From an uncultured bacterium (lineage in GTDB: Bacteria > UBP4 > UBA4092), in contig CAVYHJ010000002.1 in NCBI GenBank assembly GCA_963768165.1, forward strand, positions 128,676 through 192,675: 64,000 bases of DNA. The letters are read 5' to 3'. A program made the translations under genes and the position numbers. Of the stretch, positions 50,467-58,980 are shown piece by piece. Below the pieces are notes generated by a model that saw nothing but the letters and a program-made list of their open reading frames with translations, had not been told where the DNA came from and did no database searches. Positions within the stretch are counted from its first letter, which is position 1. Every line of letters starts with the position of its first letter.

Positions 50467-50496
50467 ATTGTAAGAGTCCTTCCTTCAAATAAATAT

Positions 50497-51444
50497 TTAT
50501 TTTTTTATAAATTGCCGATAAAGCTCATCAGAAACCGTATACGGGTCAAGCTCTTTCCGTTCTATTTTTCCAATGAACTGCTTCACGCTAGCGTTTTTGT
50601 AAAAGTTTCTCAATATATCATTAACGGCGGTATTTTTCAAGCATTCCAGTACTTCTGCCATGACCTGTTCCCGCCGTCGAACTTCCAATTCTTCCGATTG
50701 GGAAAGTTCTTCCAAAACGTCTTGGATGGATTGGTAAAGCTTCTCTATTCCATCCCCAGTTATTCCCGAAACGGAAATGATTTTAGGGATTTTCTCGTCC
50801 GCGGGTTTCAGGTGATATTTCATTTCCAATTCCCGAAACACTAAGGTTGATTCTGGTTTATCGGATTTATTCACTACCAGAATATCCCCAATATCTACAA
50901 TACCGGATTTGGCGAATTGGATAGAGTCCCCCGAACCCGGACCGAAAACGACTACAGTCATATCGGCGACATCTTGAATTTCGATTTCATCCTGACCCGT
51001 GCCGACCGTCTCGATTAAGAGAATGTCAAAACCGGAGATATCCAGAGCGTGGAGAATCGGTCGAATGGTAGAAGTTAATCCCCCACGATGAGCCCGGCTC
51101 GCCAGACTACGAATGAAGACCGCATCATCTGCCGCATGTCTCTGCATTCGGATTCGGTCACCCAACAATGCTCCACCGCTCACGGGACTGGTCGGGTCAA
51201 CAGCAGTGACAGCAACCCGTTTCCCGTCTTTGCGGAAATGCTCAATTAATTTATCTACAAGAGTAGATTTCCCGACACCGGGTGGACCGGTAATCCCAAT
51301 CTTTTTGGCGTTGCCGGTTTTGGAATAAAGCTTTTTTAGCTTCTCAAACCCTTGAGGATTCCCGTTTTCCAAAAGGCTGATGAGTTTCGGCAACTCCGAT
51401 GGAGATAATACAGGAATGGGATTTTTTTGTTTGGGCTTAGACAT
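50497..51444 (-). CDS. meaB: Methylmalonyl-CoA mutase-associated G-protein chaperone (MeaB/ArgK).
   Basis: P-loop GITGPPGVGKST and the MeaB-type switch regions. The likely start ATG at 51444 overlaps the upstream gene's stop as ATGTCTAA, which suggests translational coupling. The ORF track extends to 51492. Confidence 0.8.
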   Translation of the reverse strand: MSKPKQKNPIPVLSPSELPKLISLLENGNPQGFEKLKKLYSKTGNAKKIGITGPPGVGKSTLVDKLIEHFRKDGKRVAVTAVDPTSPVSGGALLGDRIRMQRHAADDAVFIRSLASRAHRGGLTSTIRPILHALDISGFDILLIETVGTGQDEIEIQDVADMTVVVFGPGSGDSIQFAKSGIVDIGDILVVNKSDKPESTLVFRELEMKYHLKPADEKIPKIISVSGITGDGIEKLYQSIQDVLEELSQSEELEVRRREQVMAEVLECLKNTAVNDILRNFYKNASVKQFIGKIERKELDPYTVSDELYRQFIKK

Positions 51445-51832
51445 TTTTCTTGACGAATTCAACAATCTCATTGAGCGAACTCCCGGGACCAAAGATTTCC
51501 TTAACGCCCAGTTTCTTCATCTCTTTGATATCTTCGGGCGGAACAATCCCTCCGGCAAAAATTAAAATATCCCGTGCCTTTTCTTTTTTTAATAAATCAA
51601 TCACGTTCTTAAACGCCGTGCGATGCGCTCCCGACAAGGACGATAAACCAATGGCATCCACGTCTTCCTGAATGGCAGTCCGCACCACCTGTTCGGCAGT
51701 GTTCCGAATCCCGGTATAAATAACTTCCATGCCCGCGTCACGCAAAGCTTGGGCAACGACCATGGCTCCGCGCTCGTGTCCATCAAGACCGGATTTGGCG
51801 ATTAAAACCTTTATCGGCTTGCTTGTTTTCAT
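51437..51832 (-). CDS. Methylmalonyl-CoA mutase B12-binding subunit (stand-alone C-terminal domain).
   Basis: DGHERGAMVVA cobalamin-binding (DxHxxG) motif in a 131-aa stand-alone protein. Confidence 0.85.
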   Translation of the reverse strand: MKTSKPIKVLIAKSGLDGHERGAMVVAQALRDAGMEVIYTGIRNTAEQVVRTAIQEDVDAIGLSSLSGAHRTAFKNVIDLLKKEKARDILIFAGGIVPPEDIKEMKKLGVKEIFGPGSSLNEIVEFVKKNV

Positions 51833-51945
51833 CCAACAGATTATAGCATTGAGTGAGAAGATGTTAAATCAGTTAAATAGGTTATATAGGGCGTTGGTGA
51901 TATTATTTATTGGGGGAAATCAGGTGAAAGCTTATATTTTCTTTA

Positions 51946-52929
51946 TTAAGCAGGGAATCTTTGTATCCATGGAACATCTTTTGAGAACACACCTGGATTC
52001 CAACCGACTGCAGGTAACAAATCACCCAACGCTGATGCCAATTGTTCAAGTTTATGTTGTATAGCATTGTCATAGTGTGCTATTTCTTCACTTTCAGAAT
52101 TCAAAACACCAAATACAATACCTCTACCTTTAATGGGAACAACAATTTCCGATTTAGTCTCGATTATGGCTTGAAAATAATTTGATCTTTCATGGACATT
52201 ATTGGCATTTACTGTTTTCCCAGAAGAATACGCCAAACCTAATAAGCCTGCAAATGTGGCTATACGATATCTTTGTTTATGACGGGGAATCATATCTGCC
52301 ACAGCTACAAGTTGACTAGAATATGCAGATGTAATTATCAAAAATATCTGATTGTAGTCTGTTTCTGTAGTACGTACCAATTCATGTAAAGCAATCTCTA
52401 GAAGTTCAACCAAGTCACCCGAATTCTTTAAAAGATTAATATAAGAATTTTGTAATGTGTCAGGAGGATTTACTTGAGAAAGATATCTACCAATTGATGT
52501 TGCAATCTTAAATGCTAAATCTTCAGGGAATGTAAATTTATCATACATTAAATTCTTTCCTATTCGTGATTTAAAGGATTGCAATTTAGATTTACCCGGT
52601 TCATTTTCAATCATTTTGGGTGGCCAAGGATATTCATCATTAACAATAAAACAAAAGATGGGTTTTTGTAATTTCTTTGCATAATTATATTCCTGTTCAG
52701 TGATTGATAATTGTGTATCAGGTAATATATATCCATATCTATATGCATATATACCAACAAACAAATCACAGGATTCAATCTCTTTAAAACAAACCTGTAT
52801 TGGTTCCACCGGACGCGCACCTAATACCTCCATTCTGCCAAGATGATATCCTAGACGTTCTAAAGCCTCTGCTGCAGCTTTTCGATATTCTTTCAAGTCA
52901 ATATATGTAGAACTTAGAAATACATTCAT
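51946..52929 (-). CDS. DUF4062 (TIR/flavodoxin-like) N-terminal domain fused to a C-terminal GAF-like domain. It is the first gene of an AT-rich island.
   Basis: VFLSSTYIDLKEYR...SCDLFVGIYAYRYGYI matches the DUF4062 core. The C-terminal part has a GAF-like pattern (VFGVLNSESEE). About 33% GC. Confidence 0.5.
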   Translation of the reverse strand: MNVFLSSTYIDLKEYRKAAAEALERLGYHLGRMEVLGARPVEPIQVCFKEIESCDLFVGIYAYRYGYILPDTQLSITEQEYNYAKKLQKPIFCFIVNDEYPWPPKMIENEPGKSKLQSFKSRIGKNLMYDKFTFPEDLAFKIATSIGRYLSQVNPPDTLQNSYINLLKNSGDLVELLEIALHELVRTTETDYNQIFLIITSAYSSQLVAVADMIPRHKQRYRIATFAGLLGLAYSSGKTVNANNVHERSNYFQAIIETKSEIVVPIKGRGIVFGVLNSESEEIAHYDNAIQHKLEQLASALGDLLPAVGWNPGVFSKDVPWIQRFPA

Positions 52930-53027
52930 ATATTATTCATTTTTTGAGGTTGAAGTTCTACTGAAACGGAGCCAAGAAATGAAGTTTGAAATGAAATCTA
53001 TGTTATTCAATCTTTGACAGAACATAA

Positions 53028-53510
53028 TTAGATTAACTTATATGGAAAGAGTGTCTTATTCTCTTTATCCTGAAACACCTTATCACTATATAAGCCAAAT
53101 ACTTGTACTAATTGTTGTTGGCTAAATATAGCGGCTTTATTTAGACCCCATGTACCACCTCGACCTTTACTAAGATATTTGAAATCAAAATAACTAATTT
53201 TATAAATATCTTTAATCTCATTAGTTTCCCACATCATAGGAAGCCATGTGCCCTGCCATGGGTCAAGACCAACGATATGGAGTACTCTATAAATATCCTC
53301 ATCTTTTTTAGGAAAATTGTATGTAATATGCAATCTTCCATTATTACAATTCCTGCATAAATGCACCAATTTATCTTGGTTCCATCCATTTACATAAATA
53401 TCATCCCATAAAAAATAATAGATACTTATATGATTACATACTTCTTTAAAATTATTTATTCGATTATGTCCATAATCACATGTATCACATTCCCACCAAT
53501 AGCCAGCCAT
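53028..53510 (-). CDS. Hypothetical Cys-rich (putative zinc-ribbon) protein in the AT-rich island.
   Basis: CDTCDYGH and CRNCNNGRLH CxxC pairs. No recognised family. Confidence 0.4.
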   Translation of the reverse strand: MAGYWWECDTCDYGHNRINNFKEVCNHISIYYFLWDDIYVNGWNQDKLVHLCRNCNNGRLHITYNFPKKDEDIYRVLHIVGLDPWQGTWLPMMWETNEIKDIYKISYFDFKYLSKGRGGTWGLNKAAIFSQQQLVQVFGLYSDKVFQDKENKTLFPYKLI

Positions 53511-53582
53511 GTATTAACACCTTATTCTGTTGAGTGATGCGTTGCGAAATATAACCTGCCTCATTCTTGACATTGAAAAATA

Positions 53583-54404
53583 TTAGGTTACCTCTTGTGA
53601 TATTAACCTTAGAATAGAACCAGTTATATATAAATAGAATTCAACCAATCTTGGTTCAGGATTAGTCGGTATTTCTTGTTTCTTTTTTCCGTGTCGTGAG
53701 GAATATTCATGAGCAATTTTGCAATAGTGATGTAATATTTGACCCCAATGGCTATCAAGATTCAATTTTTGAATCAATTGATAGATTAATTTCTCGTCAT
53801 CAAGTGATTTGTTGGTTTGCAATATTGCTTTAACTATCCCTTCTAAAGCACTATATAAATTTGTAATTGCATCAGAATAATTATTTCTCAAATAAAAATT
53901 TAAAGCATTGGAGTATTTTTCTCTGCTATCTGGAAATTTGTCCAGCCATGCTAAATTTTCAATTATCAAAACGTCATCAAGTTCTGTAGCCCCTGACTTA
54001 ATAATATTTTTACCATCAAATCTAAAACCTATATTCAATACCATAGAATCGAATACATTTTTTATTTCAGATGAAAAATATTTGAACGCTGATGAAGAAC
54101 CTTGTTCCTGTTCAGATATATATGAATGAGAAATACTTAAAATCGCATGTAAAAGTATCATATTTTTTTCTATAGATCTATCGATATCTTGATAGTTGTT
54201 AATTAAATTTGTAAAGAACTCACCTGTTTTTGAACTCGGTAAGCCTAGTGTGAAAACCACTTGTTTATATAATCGTGAATAATTATGCATCCAATAGGTA
54301 TTGTCATGGTCTAATATGATTCTCAATCTATTCTTGAATCTTTCATATTCTTCTTCTAAATCCGTTTCAATTCCTAGATTTTTATAAATATTTTTTAAAC
54401 TCAT
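53583..54404 (-). CDS. Hypothetical 273-aa protein in the AT-rich island.
   Basis: ORF only. It has the same orientation and low GC as its neighbours. Confidence 0.4.
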   Translation of the reverse strand: MSLKNIYKNLGIETDLEEEYERFKNRLRIILDHDNTYWMHNYSRLYKQVVFTLGLPSSKTGEFFTNLINNYQDIDRSIEKNMILLHAILSISHSYISEQEQGSSSAFKYFSSEIKNVFDSMVLNIGFRFDGKNIIKSGATELDDVLIIENLAWLDKFPDSREKYSNALNFYLRNNYSDAITNLYSALEGIVKAILQTNKSLDDEKLIYQLIQKLNLDSHWGQILHHYCKIAHEYSSRHGKKKQEIPTNPEPRLVEFYLYITGSILRLISQEVT

Positions 54405-54556
54405 AATATTTCATTTATTCCCTTGTGTTAGAAACAAAGTAAATTTCTTAACGCTCTATTATACTGGATTCCAATTTGCATGGGAATGACAAAAGAGAAC
54501 TAACAAGGTCGGAAACAATTCAGATTAGAAATTGGATGGCAGATTAAAAAATGCTG

Positions 54557-54584
54557 TTGACAAAAAGGAAATTGGATGTATAAT
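54557..54584 (+). promoter_or_regulatory. Near-consensus sigma70 promoter (TTGACA, 16-bp spacer, TATAAT) in the island-edge noncoding region. No plus-strand ORF lies downstream of it.
   Basis: Read directly. It is followed by the 16-bp palindrome ATCATTTTAAAATGAT (54595-54610). Confidence 0.45.
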
Positions 54585-54630
54585 TTAAAGACAAATCATT
54601 TTAAAATGATGATAGTTGCATAAAAACAGT

Positions 54631-54663
54631 CATCGGGAAAGAGAAATGTGTTCATTCCCGATG
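54631..54663. repeat. Hairpin family B variant (CATCGGGAA-N15-TTCCCGATG).
   Basis: Same stem core, CGGGAA/TTCCCG, as the other three copies. Confidence 0.5.
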
Positions 54664-54839
54664 TGATTGGATGTTAAATTTAGTATAAGATGAAATTAGT
54701 TTGGGTGTGGAAATAGTTTAAAAGTGATTAAAAAGGGTAGTTTTGAGGGGTTTTTGTAAAAAAGCTACCTGCTCTCCTCGATAAGGACATTCGAGGACAA
54801 GTTTACAGTTTCAATCTAATCAATCCTCTATAAGGCAGG

Positions 54840-54865
54840 GATGAAGGAGATCGATCTCCTTCATC
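54840..54865. repeat. Perfect 26-bp palindrome GATGAAGGAGATCGATCTCCTTCATC.
   Basis: Exact reverse-complement symmetry. Confidence 0.9.
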
Positions 54866-54910
54866 CCAACTCCGCTTCATCTCCGTTTCTCCTCCGTTTC
54901 AAGTACGCTT

Positions 54911-54965
54911 CAGGTTCGTTTAAAAACCAGTTTAAGGTTTAAAGTTTAATGTTTACGGTTAACAG
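54911..54965. repeat. Iteron-like array of about 6 tandem GTTTAA(N) heptamers.
   Basis: GGTTCGTTTAAAAACCAGTTTAAGGTTTAAAGTTTAATGTTTACGGTTAAC shows a 7-bp periodicity. Confidence 0.6.
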
Positions 54966-55064
54966 AGGGGAGATAAGGGAAAGGATATTGGGAGAGGGCC
55001 GAAACAGAGAGACATTTTGGAGGGTTTGATGAATCAAACCCCTACAATTGGGTAGAAGAGAAGA

Positions 55065-56597
55065 TTAGAGAATGGTTGGGGGATGGTATTCGCCAAAAAG
55101 GGAGCGGAGGAGGGTGCAGATTTCACCCAAAGTGACTTTGTTTTTGACGGATTCTATAAGGATGGGCATTAAAGTGTCCGCAGTGCGGACACTTTTTTCC
55201 AATTTATCGAGACTTTGGTTGACTTTTTTCATATCCCGATTTTTTTTGAATTTAAGAACGCGTAGGCGTTGTTCTTTTTCGATTTTGAGATTTAATTTAA
55301 AGAGGGGAGGGTTGGAATCTTTTTGGGATTGGAAGGCATTGAGTCCCACAATGATTTGTTTTTTTGATTCGACCGCTTTTTGGTAATCATAGGCAGACTT
55401 GAATATTTCTTTTTGGACGTACCCGGATTCAATGGCTTTCAACATTCCACCCATTTGGTCAACCTTGGCAATATATTCGTTGGCTTCCCGTTCCAAGGTA
55501 TCGGTCAATTCTTCCACATAAAACGAACCTCCCAAAGGGTCGGGTTCATGGGTAACGCCTGATTCATAAGCGATGACTTGTTGAGTGCGAAGAGCAAGGA
55601 GAACGGAATTTTCCGTGGGCAGACCGAGGGCCTCATCTTTTGAGTTTGTATGCAGAGATTGACACCCGCCGAGAACCGCCGCGAGAGCTTGTAGGGTTGT
55701 ACGGACGACGTTGTTATCGGGTTGTTGCGCCGTGAGCGTGGAACCGGCAGTTTGGACATGAAAGCGCAAGAGTTGAGCGCGTTTCTCTTTGACCTTAAAA
55801 CGATGTTTGAGAATCTTCGCCCACATCCGGCGAGCGGCACGGAATTTGGCGACCTCTTCCAAGAAATTATTGTGGCAATTGAAAAAGAAAGCTATACGTT
55901 GCGCAGCGTGTTCGATGTTGACGCCGGCTTTTTTGGCAGCAGTGAGATAGGCGATGCCGTCCGAAAGCGTGAAAGCGAGTTCCTGCGCCGCGGTCGCACC
56001 CATTTCGCGCATGTGATACCCGCCGACACTGATAGTATTCCATTTGGGAACGTGCTGAACGCAAAATCCAACGAGGTCGGTAATCAGGCGGAGCGAAGGT
56101 TCGGGCGGGAAGATATAGGTGCCGCGCGCGATGTATTCTTTGAGAATATCGTTTTGAGTGGTGCCGGAAACTTTGTCCCAAGAGACTTTTTGTTGGTCAG
56201 CAACAGCGAGATAAAATGCCAACAAAATAGACGCGGTAGAGTTGATGGTCATGGAGGTAGAAACTTTATCAAGAGGGATGCCATGGAACAAGGTTTCCAT
56301 ATCTTCGATGGTGGAAATCGCGACCCCAACCCGACCGACTTCCCCTTTTGCCATGGGGTGGTCGGAGTCGTACCCGATTTGGGTCGGGAGGTCAAAGGCG
56401 ACGGAGAGCCCGGTTTGTCCCTGCTTGAGGAGATATTTGTAGCGAGTGTTGGATTCTTTGGCGTCACCGAACCCGGCGTATTGGCGCATAGTCCAGAGTT
56501 GTTTTTTGTACATCTCCGGATAGATACCGCGGGTGAAGGGGAATTCGCCGGGAGAGCCAATGTTCCAGTTGTGGTTTCGTTTTTTCATATATGCCAT
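55065..56597 (-). CDS. Methylmalonyl-CoA mutase catalytic (large, N-terminal TIM-barrel) subunit.
   Basis: The [24 protein letters not shown] and other MCM substrate-binding-barrel motifs. It is separated from its B12-binding partner by the AT-rich island. Confidence 0.9.
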   Translation of the reverse strand: MAYMKKRNHNWNIGSPGEFPFTRGIYPEMYKKQLWTMRQYAGFGDAKESNTRYKYLLKQGQTGLSVAFDLPTQIGYDSDHPMAKGEVGRVGVAISTIEDMETLFHGIPLDKVSTSMTINSTASILLAFYLAVADQQKVSWDKVSGTTQNDILKEYIARGTYIFPPEPSLRLITDLVGFCVQHVPKWNTISVGGYHMREMGATAAQELAFTLSDGIAYLTAAKKAGVNIEHAAQRIAFFFNCHNNFLEEVAKFRAARRMWAKILKHRFKVKEKRAQLLRFHVQTAGSTLTAQQPDNNVVRTTLQALAAVLGGCQSLHTNSKDEALGLPTENSVLLALRTQQVIAYESGVTHEPDPLGGSFYVEELTDTLEREANEYIAKVDQMGGMLKAIESGYVQKEIFKSAYDYQKAVESKKQIIVGLNAFQSQKDSNPPLFKLNLKIEKEQRLRVLKFKKNRDMKKVNQSLDKLEKSVRTADTLMPILIESVKNKVTLGEICTLLRSLFGEYHPPTIL

Positions 56598-56602
56598 AAT
56601 TT

Positions 56603-56697
56603 TGTCATTACGAGCGCAGCGAAGTAATCTCGTTTTTATTTTCTATTGACGCTTTAGAATGAGATTGCTTCGTCGCTACGCTCCTCGCAATGACAAA
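56603..56697. mobile_element. MITE-like element family F, copy 1 (about 95 bp). Termini TGTCATTACGAGCGCAGCGAAG...CTTCGTCGCTACGCTCCTCGCAATGACAAA form an imperfect inverted repeat.
   Basis: It fills the whole gap between the MCM start and the GIY-YIG stop. Homologous copies lie at 56999-57093 and 57592-57705. Confidence 0.55.
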
Positions 56698-56988
56698 TCA
56701 TAATATTTCTGCAAACAAATCCTGCCATTCAGGGTTTATGCTATTTACTAAATCAATCTTCTTCTGTCTTGAACCCGCCTTAATCTGTTTTTCGCGTTCG
56801 ATAGCCTGATCAATATAATCGTATTCTTCATAATAGACTAATTTATTCACATTATATTTTTTGGTAAATACACTTCCATGCTTTTCTTTATGTGAATCAA
56901 CCCTGCAATCCAGATTATTAGTTACACCCGTGTAAAGAACCGTATTGCGTTTGTTAGTCATAATATAAATATAGTAATTTCTACTCAT
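56698..56988 (-). CDS. Small GIY-YIG nuclease family protein.
   Basis: YYIYIMTN...LYTGVT...R...H N-terminal GIY-YIG motif in a 96-aa stand-alone protein. It is flanked on both sides by family F elements. Confidence 0.8.
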   Translation of the reverse strand: MSRNYYIYIMTNKRNTVLYTGVTNNLDCRVDSHKEKHGSVFTKKYNVNKLVYYEEYDYIDQAIEREKQIKAGSRQKKIDLVNSINPEWQDLFAEIL

Positions 56989-56998
56989 AGCAACTGTT

Positions 56999-57093
56999 TG
57001 TCATTACGAGCGCAGCGAAGTAATCTCGCATTTATCATCCATCATCACTTTAGAACGAGATTGCTTCATCGCTGCGCTCCTCGCAATGACAAA
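56999..57093. mobile_element. MITE-like element family F, copy 2.
   Basis: TGTCATTACGAGCGCAGCGAAGTAATCTCG...CGAGATTGCTTCATCGCTGCGCTCCTCGCAATGACAAA. A short terminal fragment CGCAATGACAAAA also occurs at 57137-57150. Confidence 0.55.
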
Positions 57094-57167
57094 TAAAAAG
57101 ATTACCATCCTCTACATGACAAGTAAAGGCTATACCCGCAATGACAAAATAAAAGAAATTTTGTTCC

Positions 57168-57572
57168 CTATTTTGATTCCTGACTCAACTCAATCAATAC
57201 CCCGTGGGTGGATTTTGGATGAAGGAAGGTGACGATGGTTCCTTCGGCGCCAGGAACAGGGGTGTCGCTGGTCAATTGGATTTTGTTTTCTTTTAAATCA
57301 GCGATGTGTTTTTCGATATCGGTGACTTCCAGTGAAATGTGATGAATCCCTTCACCATGTTTTTCGATAAATTTAGCAATGGGAGAATCGGGAGAGGTGG
57401 GTTCCAATAATTCGATACGAGAATTACCGACGGGAATCATCGCCACGCGGACTTTTTGGGACGGGACTTCCTCAATGACGATTTCTTCCAAACCCAATCC
57501 GTCAGTGTAAATGGGAAGAGCGTCGTGGAGACTTTTCACGGCGATACCGATATGGTCAATGGCTTGGATCAT
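57168..57572 (-). CDS. Methylmalonyl-CoA epimerase (glyoxalase/VOC family).
   Basis: IDHIGIAV...GLG......... EPTSP...HHISLEV is typical of methylmalonyl-CoA epimerase. The ATG at 57572 is preferred over the TTG at 57581 given in the track. Confidence 0.8.
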   Translation of the reverse strand: MIQAIDHIGIAVKSLHDALPIYTDGLGLEEIVIEEVPSQKVRVAMIPVGNSRIELLEPTSPDSPIAKFIEKHGEGIHHISLEVTDIEKHIADLKENKIQLTSDTPVPGAEGTIVTFLHPKSTHGVLIELSQESK

Positions 57573-57591
57573 AAAAATCAAAACCTAACAC

Positions 57592-57705
57592 TGTCATTCT
57601 AGGTCCATCGCAGACTCAGGATAAACTCCACGAAGAATCTCTGCCCAAAGTCATTTTATATCAGGTAGAACACAGGGATTCTTCGCTGCGCTCAGAATGA
57701 CAAAA
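57592..57705. mobile_element. MITE-like element family F, copy 3 (a more diverged variant with termini TGTCATTCT...AGAATGACAAAA and a CTTCGCTGCGCTC core).
   Basis: It shares the terminal TGTCATT/AATGACA repeats and the GCGCAGCGAAG core with copies 1 and 2. Confidence 0.5.
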
Positions 57706-57716
57706 ACAAAGCATCT

Positions 57717-58901
57717 TTATATTACCCCTTTTTTTCGCAATTCATCAATGTCCTTTTTAGAATAACCCAAATCCTGCAAAACTTCATCCGTGTGTTGGCC
57801 GAGAGTGGGAGGGGCGGAGTCAATGGAACCGGGGGTGTCGGATAGTTTGACAGGGATGCCGGTGACTTTGACGTTCATACCTTTGGCGTGAGGGAGTTCT
57901 TTGACCATGTCCCGCGCTTGAATTTGGGGATGGTTGAGTATCTCATCCACATTTAAAATGGGGCCTGCAGGGATTCCATTTTTATCGAACAATGCCAACC
58001 ATTCATCCGCAGTTTTTTGTTTGAGAATTGGCTGAAGGATATTAAAGAGTTCATCGTGATTTTCGACACGTTTGGGATTGGTAGCGAATTTGGGATGATT
58101 TACTATATCTTTCAAATCAAGTAAATTACAAAATTGAATCCAGAGTTTATCGTTACCGCAGGCGATGTTGATGTAGCGATCTTGGGTAGCGAAAGTTTCA
58201 TAGGGGCAAATGGTGGGGTGTTGATTGCCCTTGCGGGTGGGAGATTTCCCTGTGAGAAAATATATTCCGGCTTGGTACGTGAGCAGAGAAACCTGCCCAT
58301 CGAGCAGAGAGATATCCACTTTCTGCCCTTTACCCATGCGATGGCGCGCGATGAGAGCTAATAAAATTCCCTGCGTGGCGTAAATTCCTGCAAGGATATC
58401 GGCAATCGAGGTGCCCAATTTGAAGGGCGGGCCGTTGGGGTCGCCGGTCAAATTCATAAGTCCGCTCATACCTTGTACAGCGAGGTCATAACCGGGACTA
58501 TCCGCCATTGGGCCGGTGTGACCATAGCCTGTGATGGAACAGTAGATGAGTTTAGGATTTAATTTATGAACGGTCTCATAATCAAAGCCAATGGATTGGA
58601 GATAATCGCGGCGGAAATTTTCCAAGAGGACATCGGATTTGGCGATTAATTTACGAATAATTTCTTTCCCCTCCGGAGTTTTTAGATTGACAGTCAGGGA
58701 TTTTTTATTGCGATTGACGGACAGGAAATAGGCGGATTCGCCATCCACAAAAGGCGGACCGTAGGTGCGGGTATCATCGCCTTTGACAGGGACTTCAATC
58801 TTAATCACTTCCGCGCCCATATCGGCTAGAATCATGGAACAATAGGGTCCCGCGAGGATACGGGACAAATCCAAAATTTTTATATTATCCAAAGGGCGCA
58901 T
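57717..58901 (-). CDS. Family III CoA-transferase (CaiB/BaiF family).
   Basis: N-terminal ILDLSRILAGPYCSMILADMGAEVIKIE signature and the conserved Asp region. Confidence 0.85.
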   Translation of the reverse strand: MRPLDNIKILDLSRILAGPYCSMILADMGAEVIKIEVPVKGDDTRTYGPPFVDGESAYFLSVNRNKKSLTVNLKTPEGKEIIRKLIAKSDVLLENFRRDYLQSIGFDYETVHKLNPKLIYCSITGYGHTGPMADSPGYDLAVQGMSGLMNLTGDPNGPPFKLGTSIADILAGIYATQGILLALIARHRMGKGQKVDISLLDGQVSLLTYQAGIYFLTGKSPTRKGNQHPTICPYETFATQDRYINIACGNDKLWIQFCNLLDLKDIVNHPKFATNPKRVENHDELFNILQPILKQKTADEWLALFDKNGIPAGPILNVDEILNHPQIQARDMVKELPHAKGMNVKVTGIPVKLSDTPGSIDSAPPTLGQHTDEVLQDLGYSKKDIDELRKKGVI

Positions 58902-58980
58902 AAAGTGAACTGTTGGAAATCATAATGGAATTGCGCGAAGGGGTCAAGGAGATGAGATGAAATATGGGTTTGTGGAACAA

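Noticed and set aside
55722-56627. 301-aa plus-strand ORF, and several other 60-170-aa ORFs, for example 8040..8546, 3683..3952, 25380..25799, 26426..26836, 27707..27958 and 51729..52064.
   Set aside because: All lie antisense to, or overlapping, well-supported longer genes (MCM, the HD-GYP protein, Wzc, the GH-like paralogs). They lack RBSs and are typical shadow ORFs.
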